This document shows, one piece after another, positions 8,706 to 19,188 of a stretch of 64,000 nucleotides of DNA. This stretch comes from Waterburya sp. GTDB taxonomy: Bacteria > Cyanobacteriota > Cyanobacteriia > Cyanobacteriales > Xenococcaceae. A model generated the notes under the pieces. The model searched no databases. It saw only the letters and a list, made by a program, of their open reading frames with translations, and had not been told where the DNA came from. The stretch is taken from positions 2,528,001 through 2,592,000 of the forward strand of contig CBDCJV010000002.1 of the NCBI GenBank assembly GCA_965217895.1, read 5' to 3'. Within the stretch, counting starts at the first letter, position 1. Each line of letters begins with the position of its first letter. A program made the translations under genes and the position numbers.

Positions 8706-10292
8706 ATGAATAGCTTAAACTTTGTACGACTATCCGATACTATTGCACCGACCTATACTTCTTTTGCTAATCCTGCAATTAACGCAAAAGGTGATATAGC
8801 TTTTGAAGGTTTTATCAGTCCAGATTTACCTCCAACTGGTATCTTCTATGCTAATAATTTTCAAGACAATTTTGAAAGTAGAACGGTTGTAGACAATAGC
8901 GAAATATTCCTAACTACGGGAGCTTTTCAGCCTGTTTTTGACCCATCAATTAATGACTGGGGGCAAGTTGCTTTTATTGAGAATGAAACCAGTATTTTGA
9001 CTGATGAAAATGGCGCACCGATTTTTGATGAGAGTGGCGCACCAATTATCCAGTTGGATAAAGCTTCGATTAAGGTTGGCAACGGCGAACAAGAACCATC
9101 TACCTTAATTGAAAGTACTGAACCATTTAATTCTTTTGCTGGTGCTAATTTAAACAATCGCGGTACGGTTGTCTACGTTGCAGGAAACCTATTAGATGTA
9201 CCAGTGGATTTTCCAGTCACAAGCACAATCTCTACCATAAGCAATGGACAGACCACAGAAATTGCTTCGACTGACGGTATTTTTAGTAGCTTTGATGTAA
9301 GTTTAGATACGATTGGTGGTGATGGACCGATAACAGCTTTAGACATCTCCCCCTCGATTAATGAAAGCGATCTTGTGGCATTCAACGCGGGTTTAGATGC
9401 AGGAGGACAAGGTATTTTTATCGGTGATGGTGAAACAATTACTGAAGTTGCCAATAGCGATGGAGAATTCGATCTATTTAGTAACCCAGATCTTAACGAC
9501 GAAGGTACAACCGCCTTTTTGGCACAAAAAGACGATGGCAGTCGCGGTATTTATCTCAATGGTTATGGGGAAACTAAACTACTGGCAGACGACAGCGATA
9601 TTTTTAGCTTTTTCAATTCCGAACCAGCCCTCAATAACAATGGAGAAGTGGCATTTTATGCTGAACTAGATGACGGTAGCGCAGGTATTTATGTTGCCTC
9701 GGAGTTGGGAAGCAGTCTTGTTGCTTCTGTAGGAGATGAAATTGCTGGAGTCAAAATCGAAGGATTAGTAATTGTCCAAGATGGACTCAACGATTCAGGT
9801 CAGATTGCTTTTCAAGCCAAACTTGAAGATGGTACTTTCGCTATTTTCCGCGCCGATCCTGTTTCACAACCCAGCCATGATAACGATAGACTCTATGGTG
9901 ATATTGGCAACAACTATATTGATGGTTGTGCAGGAAACGATCTAATTGTAGGCGATCTAGGAAACGACACCCTATTAGGTGGAGAAGGAAATGATATTCT
10001 GCGAGGCGATGAGGGGTATGATATCCTTACAGGCGGAGCAGGTAACGATACCTTAGTAGGTGGAGATAATGCTGATATATTCGAGCTTACGTCGGCTAAT
10101 TGTACGGATCAAATTCTTGACTACACTGATGGAGAAGATAAATTTTCTTTAGATAGTCATTTACAATTCGACCAGTTAGTAGTGTCGCAGCAGGATAGCA
10201 ATACCGAAATTAGTTTGTCTTCTACAGGAGAAGTGCTGGCTTCTTTATACGAAGTAAATGCCCAGGCGATCGACATATTAGATTTTGTCTAG
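8706..10292 (+). CDS. NxxGxxAF-repeat (beta-propeller-like) protein with C-terminal RTX calcium-binding repeats
   Basis: Repeats INAKGDIAF, INDWGQVAF, LNDEGTTAF, LNNNGEVAF, LNDSGQIAF; GGxGxD nonapeptides at the C-terminus; no N-terminal signal peptide. Confidence 0.85.
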   Translation: MNSLNFVRLSDTIAPTYTSFANPAINAKGDIAFEGFISPDLPPTGIFYANNFQDNFESRTVVDNSEIFLTTGAFQPVFDPSINDWGQVAFIENETSILTDENGAPIFDESGAPIIQLDKASIKVGNGEQEPSTLIESTEPFNSFAGANLNNRGTVVYVAGNLLDVPVDFPVTSTISTISNGQTTEIASTDGIFSSFDVSLDTIGGDGPITALDISPSINESDLVAFNAGLDAGGQGIFIGDGETITEVANSDGEFDLFSNPDLNDEGTTAFLAQKDDGSRGIYLNGYGETKLLADDSDIFSFFNSEPALNNNGEVAFYAELDDGSAGIYVASELGSSLVASVGDEIAGVKIEGLVIVQDGLNDSGQIAFQAKLEDGTFAIFRADPVSQPSHDNDRLYGDIGNNYIDGCAGNDLIVGDLGNDTLLGGEGNDILRGDEGYDILTGGAGNDTLVGGDNADIFELTSANCTDQILDYTDGEDKFSLDSHLQFDQLVVSQQDSNTEISLSSTGEVLASLYEVNAQAIDILDFV

Positions 10293-10299
10293 TTTTATT

Positions 10300-10630
10300 G
10301 TTGACAAACTGCTTGGCGTTGCCGCCTTTCTAGTTGCAAAGACCGCTTCTTGATGCAGTCGCTCTAACAGAGGCTTTAGCCGTATGTAGGACTTTCACCG
10401 CGAAAGTGATTCGGGCGTAATTCTGAGGGCGAGATTCGGCAATGCGGGCGGTCAACAATGTGAGGTTTCCTCACATTTACGCCCTTAGAATTTAGTTCGC
10501 CTTGAATAATCTCCCTCACGGGATTTCCCCAGAATATACGCCGTAAAACGACGCATTTCCTTGCAGCAAAGACCGCGTTGACCATACCGACTAAAGCCTT
10601 TGGAACTTTTGACTTGTGAACGCTTGACAA
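10300..10630. repeat. GC-rich structured repeat mosaic between convergent genes
   Basis: Direct repeat GCAAAGACCGC x2; inverted pair GGCTTTAGCCGTATG/CATACCGACTAAAGCC; hairpin AATGTGAGG-TTT-CCTCACATT; end ACTTGTGAACGC shared with the insert at 19550. Confidence 0.6.
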
Positions 10631-10667
10631 AGTAGTCTATGGTTATTTGTGCAAGAATAATCTATAA

Positions 10668-12158
10668 CTATGCTGCTACCTTTTCGTGCTTAAGCTCTTT
10701 AAATTTACCCAAAAGACGATCTGCCCAATATTTTACGTCGTAGGTGGTTACGGTTTCGTACATCTTAGTCATTTGCTTTTTCTGTTCTTCTGGTGTCATA
10801 CTTAAAGCCTTTTCGATCGCTCGATCCATGCCGTCGAGTGAATAAGGATTAGTTAAAATGGCTTCAGGCAATTCTACTGCTGCACCGACAAATTCAGAGA
10901 GAACTAAAACACCATCTTCGCCACCATGAGCGACAATATATTCTTTAGCCACTAAATTCAGACCATCTCGCAAAGGAGTTGTCCAACAAATATCGGCAGC
11001 CTTATAGTAGGCAATCAAATGAGGTATGGGTATAGGCTGAGTAAACAAGCGAATCGGCATCCAGTCGAGTGTACCGTAGCGACCGTTAATTTGACCTGCT
11101 AGCTGCTCAATTGTGCTTTGAGCCGTTTTATAAACGCGCATTCCTGGGGCAGATTCAACACAGGTCATCACGAAGCTTATTTGTTTGTGTAAATCGGGAC
11201 GACGCTCTAATAAACGACCATACGCTGCTAATTTTTCTTCATTTCCTTTGACATAATCAACCCGCCCAGCAGCAATAATTAGTTTCTTACCTCCTAGTTC
11301 TTCTTTAATTTGGTAGAGTCTATTTTTGGTTTCTGTCTTCTCTAAAACTGTTTGAATATGTTTAGGATCTGTCCCCACAGGGAAAGCATCAATATTAACG
11401 ATTTGTCCTTTGTAGCTCAATTGCGTAGTCATTTCAGGTTCAGCCAAAGCCACACCTACAGGAGTCATATGCCCACTTACGGCTTCTTGTTTGAGGATCT
11501 TAACAGGCTTAAGACTACGAACTACGTTGACAAAGTTTTCAGAATAACGAGGAACATGAAAACCAACAATATCACAGCAAAGTAGACTTTCGGCGATCGC
11601 ATCACGCCACGGTAAAATATTAAAGACATCTACTGAAGGGAAAGGGGTATGGTGGAAAAAAGCAATCCGAGCATCAGGCTTTAATTCGCGAATATATTGC
11701 GGTACCATCCAGAGATTGTAGTCATGAATCCAGATCAAGGCATCGTCGGTAGCTTCTTCGCAAGCAGCTTCAGCAAAAAGGCGATTAATATGTTTGAAGT
11801 TTTCCCACTCGGCTGTTTCAGAAGTGAAATGATAGGGAAAAGAATGCAGAATAGGCCAAAAAGCCTCTTTAGAGGTGATGTGATAAAACTGTTTAACCTG
11901 CTCTTCGTCTAAAGGGATGCGTCGCACATTATAATTAGCTTCTCCTTCAATATTGACTCGCTCTTCAAAGCTATCTTTTTGCTCTTCGTTTATTTCTTTC
12001 CAAGCAATCCATGTTCCTTGGTTGACATCAGCAAAGAAACTTTTGAGGGTGGGAACAATGCCGTTGGGGCTTTTCTTGGGGACATAATGAATTTTGCCAT
12101 CTTCTATTACTTCGTCATGAGGTTCGCGATGATAGAGAATAACTAAAGATGATTTCAT
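10668..12158 (-). CDS. ggpS: Glucosylglycerol-phosphate synthase (GT20)
   Basis: MKSSLVILYHREP...KSPNGIVPTLKSFF; WIHDYNLW; FFHHTPFP; RDGLNLVAKEY. Confidence 0.95.
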   Translation of the reverse strand: MKSSLVILYHREPHDEVIEDGKIHYVPKKSPNGIVPTLKSFFADVNQGTWIAWKEINEEQKDSFEERVNIEGEANYNVRRIPLDEEQVKQFYHITSKEAFWPILHSFPYHFTSETAEWENFKHINRLFAEAACEEATDDALIWIHDYNLWMVPQYIRELKPDARIAFFHHTPFPSVDVFNILPWRDAIAESLLCCDIVGFHVPRYSENFVNVVRSLKPVKILKQEAVSGHMTPVGVALAEPEMTTQLSYKGQIVNIDAFPVGTDPKHIQTVLEKTETKNRLYQIKEELGGKKLIIAAGRVDYVKGNEEKLAAYGRLLERRPDLHKQISFVMTCVESAPGMRVYKTAQSTIEQLAGQINGRYGTLDWMPIRLFTQPIPIPHLIAYYKAADICWTTPLRDGLNLVAKEYIVAHGGEDGVLVLSEFVGAAVELPEAILTNPYSLDGMDRAIEKALSMTPEEQKKQMTKMYETVTTYDVKYWADRLLGKFKELKHEKVAA

Positions 12159-12548
12159 AATTTTGGTGGTTAATTTACGGTGTAAAAGGACAATGACTTA
12201 AGAAGATAAAATGAAAGCCAAATTATCTATGCTATTTGATTTTCAACTCCTGACAACTTTTCTATTTGAAATAGTTTTTAGATTTAATACCTAAAAAATA
12301 GCTGTTTTTTCTTTAGCCAGTTAAATCTTGTGGTCGTTCTATTTACCCGATAAATCAAGTTTCTCCTAACTAATAAAAATGAGACTTATACAATTAAATC
12401 CTACACTAATTTCTGTCTTCAGCTCAAATCTAATAATATACAGCAAATTTTAATAAATAATTACTCACTGAAAATAATATTTAGAGACGCGATCGCCTGG
12501 CTTATCCAGATTTATTTGACATTCAAGGCGATCGCTACTTTACTAGAG

Positions 12549-14276
12549 TTAGACCTCGCGATCAAAGCCAAACTTATCGCGAATTTGAGAATTAAAGTAT
12601 TGACCGACAGAGCTAGTTTCTTTTAGTTCTTTATAAATTGACTCAGGAACATCAGAATACTTATAAACGCTTCCGTTACCAAAGCTAATGCGGAGAGTTT
12701 GCTTATCAGTATCATAATCAAAGTCTTTAACCGCCGTACTTTGATTTTTCAGCAGCGGAAAGGCAATCACGTCGCGGATGCTGGGAGAGTCGGTAAGCAG
12801 CATTACTAAGCGATCTATACCAATGCCTAAACCAGCAGTAGGAGGCATTCCATATTCTAATGCCGCTAAAAAGTCCTCATCAATATCATTTGCTTCCAAA
12901 TCCCCTGCTGCTTTCTTGGCTGCTTGAGCTTCTAGCCTCGCTCTTTGATCCAAAGGATCGGTTAACTCCGAAAAGCTATTAGCGGTTTCTCTGCCCACCA
13001 TAAATAGCTCAAACCTTTCTACCAGCCCAGGCTTATCGCGGTGAGGTTTGGCTAGAGGAGATATTTCCAGAGGATAATCGATGACAAAAGTAGGCTGAAT
13101 TAAAGTGGTTTCTACTCTTTGTTCAAAGGCTTCGTTGAGCAACTTGCCGATAGTTTGACAGTCTGCGGGTACTTCAATTCCTGCATCTTTGGCTGCGGTT
13201 TTAGCTGAGTCAAAGTCTTTAAACTGAGCAAAATCTACTCCAGTAGCATCTTGTACAATCTCGTGCATAGTTACTCTACGCCAAGGAGGAGTTAAGTCTA
13301 TATCTTGACCTTGATAGGTAACTTTAGTTGTGCCGAGAACTTCTTGCGCTACATCACTAATCATGCTTTCGGTCAACGCCATCATGTCATAATAGTCAGC
13401 GTAGGCCTGATAGACTTCAATAGAAGTAAATTCAGGATTATGACGGGTAGACACACCCTCATTACGGAAGATTCTGCCCATTTCAAACACGCGCTCAAAT
13501 CCACCTACAATTAGCCTTTTGAGGTGCAATTCTGTAGCGATGCGGAGATATAAGTCCATCTCCAAAGTATTGTGATAGGTGATAAAAGGACGCGCTTCTG
13601 CACCACCTGCTTCGCTTTGTAAAACTGGGGTTTCAATTTCTAAAAAGTCTTTAGTTTCTAGGTAACGACGAATTGCAGCCGTGATTTTTGCCCGAATGCG
13701 GAAAGTTTGTCTTACCTGGGGGTTAACAATCAGATCTACATAACGCTGACGATAACGCTTCTCTGTATCCGTTAAGCCATGCCATTTATCGGGAAGGGGT
13801 AACAAAGATTTAGTCAGAATTTGAAACTCGCTGACATATACAGAAAGTTCGCCTTTTTCTGTTCTTTTGATAGTGCCTTTTACCCCTAAAATATCCCCCG
13901 TATCAGACAGTTTTTTTAGATGATTAAATGCCCCTACCAAGTCTTCTGACATGGTGCTGTTGATTCTTTTCTTGTCAAGATAAAGCTGAATTTTGCCTGT
14001 TTCGTCTTGCAGTTCAAAAAATGCTAGCTTACCAAAGACACGACGAGCCATAATTCTACCAGCGATCGCAACTCGATCTTCTACTTCTTCTCCACTGGCA
14101 AGATCCACGTACTTTGACTGTAACTGGGCAGCATGATGAGTTGATTCCCATTTATAAGCATAGGGATTTAGTCCTAACTCCTTGATCTGCTCTACCTTCT
14201 CAATTCTGGTAGCACGAATTTCTTCTAAGTTAGAGGCACTTTGAGGCTTATTGCGGGAATTGTCTTCACTATTCAT
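12549..14276 (-). CDS. lysS: Lysine--tRNA ligase (class II) with C-terminal KTSC domain
   Basis: [38 protein letters not shown]-terminal [24 protein letters not shown]...[11 protein letters not shown]. Confidence 0.97.
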   Translation of the reverse strand: MNSEDNSRNKPQSASNLEEIRATRIEKVEQIKELGLNPYAYKWESTHHAAQLQSKYVDLASGEEVEDRVAIAGRIMARRVFGKLAFFELQDETGKIQLYLDKKRINSTMSEDLVGAFNHLKKLSDTGDILGVKGTIKRTEKGELSVYVSEFQILTKSLLPLPDKWHGLTDTEKRYRQRYVDLIVNPQVRQTFRIRAKITAAIRRYLETKDFLEIETPVLQSEAGGAEARPFITYHNTLEMDLYLRIATELHLKRLIVGGFERVFEMGRIFRNEGVSTRHNPEFTSIEVYQAYADYYDMMALTESMISDVAQEVLGTTKVTYQGQDIDLTPPWRRVTMHEIVQDATGVDFAQFKDFDSAKTAAKDAGIEVPADCQTIGKLLNEAFEQRVETTLIQPTFVIDYPLEISPLAKPHRDKPGLVERFELFMVGRETANSFSELTDPLDQRARLEAQAAKKAAGDLEANDIDEDFLAALEYGMPPTAGLGIGIDRLVMLLTDSPSIRDVIAFPLLKNQSTAVKDFDYDTDKQTLRISFGNGSVYKYSDVPESIYKELKETSSVGQYFNSQIRDKFGFDREV

Positions 14277-14584
14277 CTTTTAACACACTGCTTTTTTGAT
14301 AATCGGTATAGCTATCTAGCTGTATACCCTGTTGTCTTGCCAATAATTAACTTACCAAACTTTCGCTTTACCTGATGCTTATTAAGTGACGTTACGCATT
14401 TAATCTGACTGCTGTGACGGGGTGACGGGGAGCGTATTCACAAGTAGCAAGTAACAGATGCGTTTCGCCTCTCGACTTTCCTTCGCAAAGGCGGCGAACG
14501 ACCGTTCGCGCAAGTAACAAGTAAAGATATGCAGCTAGTTAAACTGTCTGAATAGCTAGTTAATTTTGCCTCTACTTCCGAAAA

Positions 14585-14652
14585 CTTTTTACTGTCTTGG
14601 TGCGCGTTCCCTTGCGCCTGACGGCGACGAGGGGTCGCACCGCTTTTTACTT
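14585..14652. repeat. Dispersed palindromic repeat (empty form of 5724-5848)
   Basis: Direct sequence identity of both flanks. Confidence 0.85.
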
Positions 14653-14747
14653 TTTACTTGTTACTTCTCCAAGTCCCCAAGTCCCCAAGTCTTACAGATC
14701 GATGAGTGCGCAACATCAGTTATTGAGTGAGCCGACACTAACATTAT

Positions 14748-16673
14748 TTATACTGCTCTTTCGGCTAATTCCAGCCAACGTTCAGTATTAGTATCAATCT
14801 CTTTGTTTAAGGTTGCCAATTTTTCTGATAGTTCTTGCACCAAATTAAAGTCACTACAGTTAAGAGCTAGATCTTTTTCTAGTTTTTCCTTGTCTGTCTC
14901 CATCTGAGCAATTGTAGCCTCTAATTTCTCATATTCTCGTCTTTCATAATTAGACAGAGATTTAGTTTTTTTATCGCTGGATGTCTTGCTGCTGGTATTT
15001 TGTGTTTTATTTACCTGGGGTTTTTCCTGATTTTTTGCCTGTTTAGCTTGTTTTTCTGCTTTCTTTTTATGCTCTAAATAGACAGAATAATTACCAGGAT
15101 AGTTACGTACTTCTCCCCCAGCCTCGATCGCAAATATAAATTCGACGGTGCGATCTAAAAAGTAGCGATCGTGAGAAACTATAATTACACAGCCATTGAA
15201 GTTTTCTAAATAGTCTTCTAAGATAGCTAAAGTCTGCACGTCTAGGTCGTTAGTTGGTTCATCCAGAATCAAGACGTTGGGAGCTTCCATTAATACCTGT
15301 AGCAAAAACAGACGACGCTTTTCGCCTCCAGAAAGTTTGTGTATGGGCGCATACTGTTGGTCAGGAGGAAAGAGAAACTTCTCTAGCATCATCGACGCAC
15401 TGATTTGATCGCCGTTAGCGGTAGTAACAATTTCAGCTACATCTTTAATATATTCAATTACTCTTTGTTCTTGGTTAAGGGCATCTAAGATATTGTCTGA
15501 ATGCTGATCGAAATAGCCGATGTGAATCGTTTTACCAATCTCTACTTTTCCCCGATCTGGCTCAATACGTCCTGTAATAATGTTTACTAGGGTTGTTTTC
15601 CCTGTACCATTCCCGCCAATAATGCCAATGCGATCGCGCGGGGTAAATTCGTAGCTAAAATCTTTAATCAGGGTGCGCCCATCGTAACCTTTGCTAATAT
15701 TTTCTAGCTCAATTACCTTCTTACCAATACGCCTACCTGGAGTATCGATATCTACTTTACCTTGAGCTTGTTTAAACTCCTTATCCTGCATATCGCCAAT
15801 GCGATCGATGCGAGCTTTTTGCTTAGTGCTGCGAGCTTTAGGGCCTTTTTTTAGCCATTCCAATTCCCGCCTTAATACCCCTTGATGTTTGCGCTCGCTG
15901 CTGGCAGCAGAATCTTCCTGTAAAGCTTTCTTTTCTAGGTAATAAGAATAATTCCCTGCGTAGGTAAACAAATCAGCACGGTCGATTTCTATGATACGAG
16001 TAGTAACATTATCCAAGAAATAGCGATCGTGAGTAATCAATAGAATAGCGCCACCAAAACGACTCAAATATTCTTGCAACCACTCTACCGACTCTGCATC
16101 AAGATGGTTTGTCGGCTCATCCATCATCAGTAGATCTGGTTCATTGAGTAAAGCTGTAGCTAAGGCAATGCGCTTACGATATCCTCCAGAAAGATCTCCT
16201 ACCCTGGCATCAAAATCTTCGATGCCTAATTTGCTGAGAATAATTTTGGCTTTGGTTTCTAGCTCCCAAGCTCCAAGAGACTCCATTTTCTCGTTGACCG
16301 TAGCCAAACGAGCCATCAACGCATCTAAGTCATTTCCCTTTGCATGAGCTATTTTATGGGACAAATCTTCGTACTCTCGTACCAAACTCATTTGCTCGTT
16401 ACTATCAGCAAAGATTTGATCGATCACGCTCAGGTTTTCGTTTACTTCTGGCTGTTGGGGTAAGTAAATAATTCTGACACCACTTTTTACCAAACGTTGA
16501 CCACCATCAGTTGGCTCAAGTCCTGCAATCATTTTTAGTAGAGTAGACTTACCAGAGCCATTGACCCCAATTAACCCTACTTTGTCATTTGGTTCAATGC
16601 TAAAGCTAGCATCCCGCAGTATTTCTTTAATACCAAAATCTTTTTTGATGTTCTGTAGAGTTAAAATGCTCAT
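14748..16673 (-). CDS. ABC-F family ATP-binding protein (Uup-like)
   Basis: Two ABC domains (GVNGSGKS/LSGG/DEPTNHLD and GGNGTGKT/LSGG/DEPTNDLD), no TM segments, C-terminal coiled coil ending RWLEL. Confidence 0.93.
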   Translation of the reverse strand: MSILTLQNIKKDFGIKEILRDASFSIEPNDKVGLIGVNGSGKSTLLKMIAGLEPTDGGQRLVKSGVRIIYLPQQPEVNENLSVIDQIFADSNEQMSLVREYEDLSHKIAHAKGNDLDALMARLATVNEKMESLGAWELETKAKIILSKLGIEDFDARVGDLSGGYRKRIALATALLNEPDLLMMDEPTNHLDAESVEWLQEYLSRFGGAILLITHDRYFLDNVTTRIIEIDRADLFTYAGNYSYYLEKKALQEDSAASSERKHQGVLRRELEWLKKGPKARSTKQKARIDRIGDMQDKEFKQAQGKVDIDTPGRRIGKKVIELENISKGYDGRTLIKDFSYEFTPRDRIGIIGGNGTGKTTLVNIITGRIEPDRGKVEIGKTIHIGYFDQHSDNILDALNQEQRVIEYIKDVAEIVTTANGDQISASMMLEKFLFPPDQQYAPIHKLSGGEKRRLFLLQVLMEAPNVLILDEPTNDLDVQTLAILEDYLENFNGCVIIVSHDRYFLDRTVEFIFAIEAGGEVRNYPGNYSVYLEHKKKAEKQAKQAKNQEKPQVNKTQNTSSKTSSDKKTKSLSNYERREYEKLEATIAQMETDKEKLEKDLALNCSDFNLVQELSEKLATLNKEIDTNTERWLELAERAV

Positions 16674-16861
16674 TTATGATGTTTTTTATGAATTAGCGAC
16701 TTTCAAATTTACTGATTTTTAGCTTTTAGCTTCACGATGCGAAGCATCGAAGCCCTAAGAGTGCGGACTGCGCGAACGCGCTGAGCTTTTAGCTTTAGGT
16801 TAGACATCGTGTAGCTAATTTTTGAAGTAGATGCTAATTGTTAATTATCTATTATTTATGA

Positions 16862-17542
16862 TTGATTATGTTGTGTATTGGACACCGAGGAGCAATGGGA
16901 CATGAGCCAGAAAATACTTTACTCTCGATTAAAAAGGCATTGGCATTAAAAGTTGATGCTGTAGAAATTGATGTTTATAATGTCGAGGATAATTTAATTG
17001 TAATTCACGATCGCACTTTATCACGAACAACCAACGGCACTGGTTACATAGAAGAATATAGTTTTGAACAATTGCGATCGCTCGATGCTGGCAAAAGGGA
17101 AAAAATTCCTACCCTACAAGAAGTTTTTGACACCGTAGATCGACAAGCTATTATTAATATTGAATTAAAAGGAAGTAATACCGCCAGGCTGGTTAGCAAC
17201 TTAATTAGAAAATACATTAACCAGGGATGGACTGAAGCAGATTTTGTAGTTTCCTCTTTTGATCATTATGAATTAATGAGAGCAAAAACGCTTTATCCTG
17301 CCCTGAAAATTGGGATGTTAATTTATGGTTTGCCTTGGGAATATCTAAAAATTGCTCAAAAGCTACAGGCTGATATAGTTATTGCTGGTTTAGATTTTGT
17401 GACCCCAGACCTAATAAACTCTATACATCAGCAAAACTTGTTGGCTTGGGTTTACACCGTTAATGAGCCTGCTGATATTAGTCGTATGCAGGAATTAAAA
17501 GTAGATGGCATATTTACCAATTATCCTGAACGAGTTGTTTAA
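16862..17542 (+). CDS. Glycerophosphodiester phosphodiesterase (GDPD)
   Basis: GHRGAMGHEPENT, EIDV, IHD, NIELK, DGIFTNYP. Confidence 0.93.
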   Translation: MIMLCIGHRGAMGHEPENTLLSIKKALALKVDAVEIDVYNVEDNLIVIHDRTLSRTTNGTGYIEEYSFEQLRSLDAGKREKIPTLQEVFDTVDRQAIINIELKGSNTARLVSNLIRKYINQGWTEADFVVSSFDHYELMRAKTLYPALKIGMLIYGLPWEYLKIAQKLQADIVIAGLDFVTPDLINSIHQQNLLAWVYTVNEPADISRMQELKVDGIFTNYPERVV

Positions 17543-17567
17543 AAGTTTCTAGTTAAATACTCTTGGT

Positions 17568-18233
17568 TTGCTAACTATTACCACTAATTATATGCCGACT
17601 ATGAAAGCAAAACGATTGAGATTTGGCAGCGTGGTAGCATTATGGGCATATTTAGCTCTAACAATAGGTTTAATTGGGTGCAATCATAAGGCGACTAGCG
17701 ATCGAGGAATTGCCATCTCCACACATACAGTAAGTCAAGCACCACAAGCAAAAAATCCTCCTTCTCAAGAGCAACAGATAGCACAAAACAATCAGCAACC
17801 ATATCTCGACGATCGCAGTACTCCAATACAGGTTCTTAAGTCTTATTACAACGCGATTAACCGCCAAGAATACGTGCGTGCTTATTCTTATTGGGGACAG
17901 AAAGGTACTGGTGCTAAATCCCAACCGCCTGCATATCCACAGTTTGCAGCAGGCTATAGTAATACGGCTAAAGTAAAGCTGACCACAGGCAAAGCCAGAG
18001 GCGAAGGTGCAGCAGGTTCGGTGTATACGACTGTACCAGTTACGCTGGCGGTAACCAACACCAACGGTTCAAAAAATACTTTTGTTGGCTGTTATACTCT
18101 TCGACAAGTGAACCCTAAAATGTTCGCAGAGCCACCCTTTACTCCTATACATATCGAGTCAGCAAAAATCCAAAAAGTAGCCGAGAATGAAAATGCAGCT
18201 TTATTGATGGAGCAAAGCTGTACGTCAAAATAG
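17568..18233 (+). CDS. Hypothetical lipoprotein
   Basis: Hydrophobic stretch ending LIGC; SYYNAIN...RAYSYW; GAAGSVY; start may be ATG 17591 or 17600. Confidence 0.7.
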   Translation: MLTITTNYMPTMKAKRLRFGSVVALWAYLALTIGLIGCNHKATSDRGIAISTHTVSQAPQAKNPPSQEQQIAQNNQQPYLDDRSTPIQVLKSYYNAINRQEYVRAYSYWGQKGTGAKSQPPAYPQFAAGYSNTAKVKLTTGKARGEGAAGSVYTTVPVTLAVTNTNGSKNTFVGCYTLRQVNPKMFAEPPFTPIHIESAKIQKVAENENAALLMEQSCTSK

Positions 18234-18246
18234 GGTTACCATCGCT

Positions 18247-18356
18247 CTGGGTTTAAAGCCTTGCCCTTTTAGGGCGACTTGCTAGTAGTATTTAATATTT
18301 AGTCTGTGCTATTAATAACCAGAATCCTTGTTCGTGATAGACGAGGAGGATGTCAA
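18247..18356 (+). mobile_element. Internally deleted IS200/IS605-family element (ends only)
   Basis: Left-end-like CTGGGTTTAAAGCCTTGCCCTTTTAGGGCGAC hairpin and right-end-like AGAATCC...GGAGGATGTCAA separated by about 40 bp of AT-rich filler. Confidence 0.65.
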
Positions 18357-18706
18357 TTTGAGCGAGCCTTCGCTGAATAATTTAAAAAGGTGGAAAGCTT
18401 ATTCATTGTTGCTCGACCAATATTAAGTCCAAATTGCGATTGCCTTAAATTATACTTAAAAGAAGCATTAGAACTAAAGCTAGTACCTATAAAAACACCA
18501 AACGAAAGTTGCCGCTACAGCAATAATAGTTAGCAACTAGGAATAATTAATTTGATAATTGACAAAATTCTGGCATTTATAATCTATAGGACTTACGCAC
18601 TCGCCCCCTAAATCCCCCAAGGCGAGCGACCCCCGCGCATGGTTCAACAGTTTGACGGGCGGTATAAACGTCGCAGCAAAGCTACGACGACACGCCCTTC
18701 TCAACG

Positions 18707-18747
18707 GGTAGGGCTGTTTCATTCTCTAAAAAAGAAATGCGATCGCG
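18707..18747 (-). mobile_element. Isolated right end of the ISAs1-family element (inverted)
   Basis: GGTAGGGCTGTTTCATTCTCTAAAAAAGAAATGCGATCGCG is close to the reverse complement of 41842-41882 (first 20 nt identical). Confidence 0.85.
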
Positions 18748-18792
18748 GTTGCGGAGCAAGTCCGAAGGACTCAGCTAGCCGAAGGCATCACC

Positions 18793-18915
18793 AGCGAGAA
18801 AAAATTATTGCTTATGAAACCAGTGACTTTAAAAAGTAGACAGAACAAACCCAAAGTCAAACCTGCAAAAGCAAAAGCTTCAAATTGGGATAAATTTGTG
18901 AACCATAATCATTAA
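18793..18915 (+). pseudogene. tnsB: Probable C-terminal remnant of CAST transposase TnsB
   Basis: Basic tail ending NWDKFVNHNH*, with its stop 10 bp before the tnsC-like ORF; position and aromatic hook-like ending fit V-K TnsB, but the match is short. Confidence 0.4.
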
Positions 18916-18925
18916 GTAGATAAAA

Positions 18926-19144
18926 ATGGCTAAATCAACTCAACAATCAATTGAAACACAACCGCTTGTAAAAAATAAGGACGAAGTAATTCAAGAAGAG
19001 ATAAATAGTATCTTAAGAAAAAATCCTTATCTAAAAACCGATCAAGATGAAGATCTTCATGGATGGCTTGATAAGCAGAGAAAACTAAAGCTATGTGGTT
19101 TAGTAGTGGAAGATAAGGGGTCTAACTTATTGCGATCTCATTGA
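18926..19144 (+). pseudogene. tnsC: N-terminal fragment of CAST AAA+ ATPase TnsC
   Basis: DEVIQEEINSILRK...LHGWLDKQRKLKLCGLVV resembles the ShTnsC N-terminus as I recall it (DEWLQAEIARLKGK...LHDWLDGKRKARKSCRVVG); similarity ends at Walker A. Confidence 0.7.
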
Positions 19145-19188
19145 CTCCCTGTGTGAATTGTTGCTACAGGCTAAAGGTAATTCTTATA

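Noticed and set aside
10376..10630. 84-aa minus-strand ORF
   Set aside because: Lies wholly within a palindromic repeat mosaic, starts with TTG and has no protein motifs
18360..18580. Possible second (distal) CAST end near TTGACAAAATTCTGGCA
   Set aside because: No terminal TGT(ACA), no repeated TnsB-site array and no copy of the expected 5-bp target duplication found
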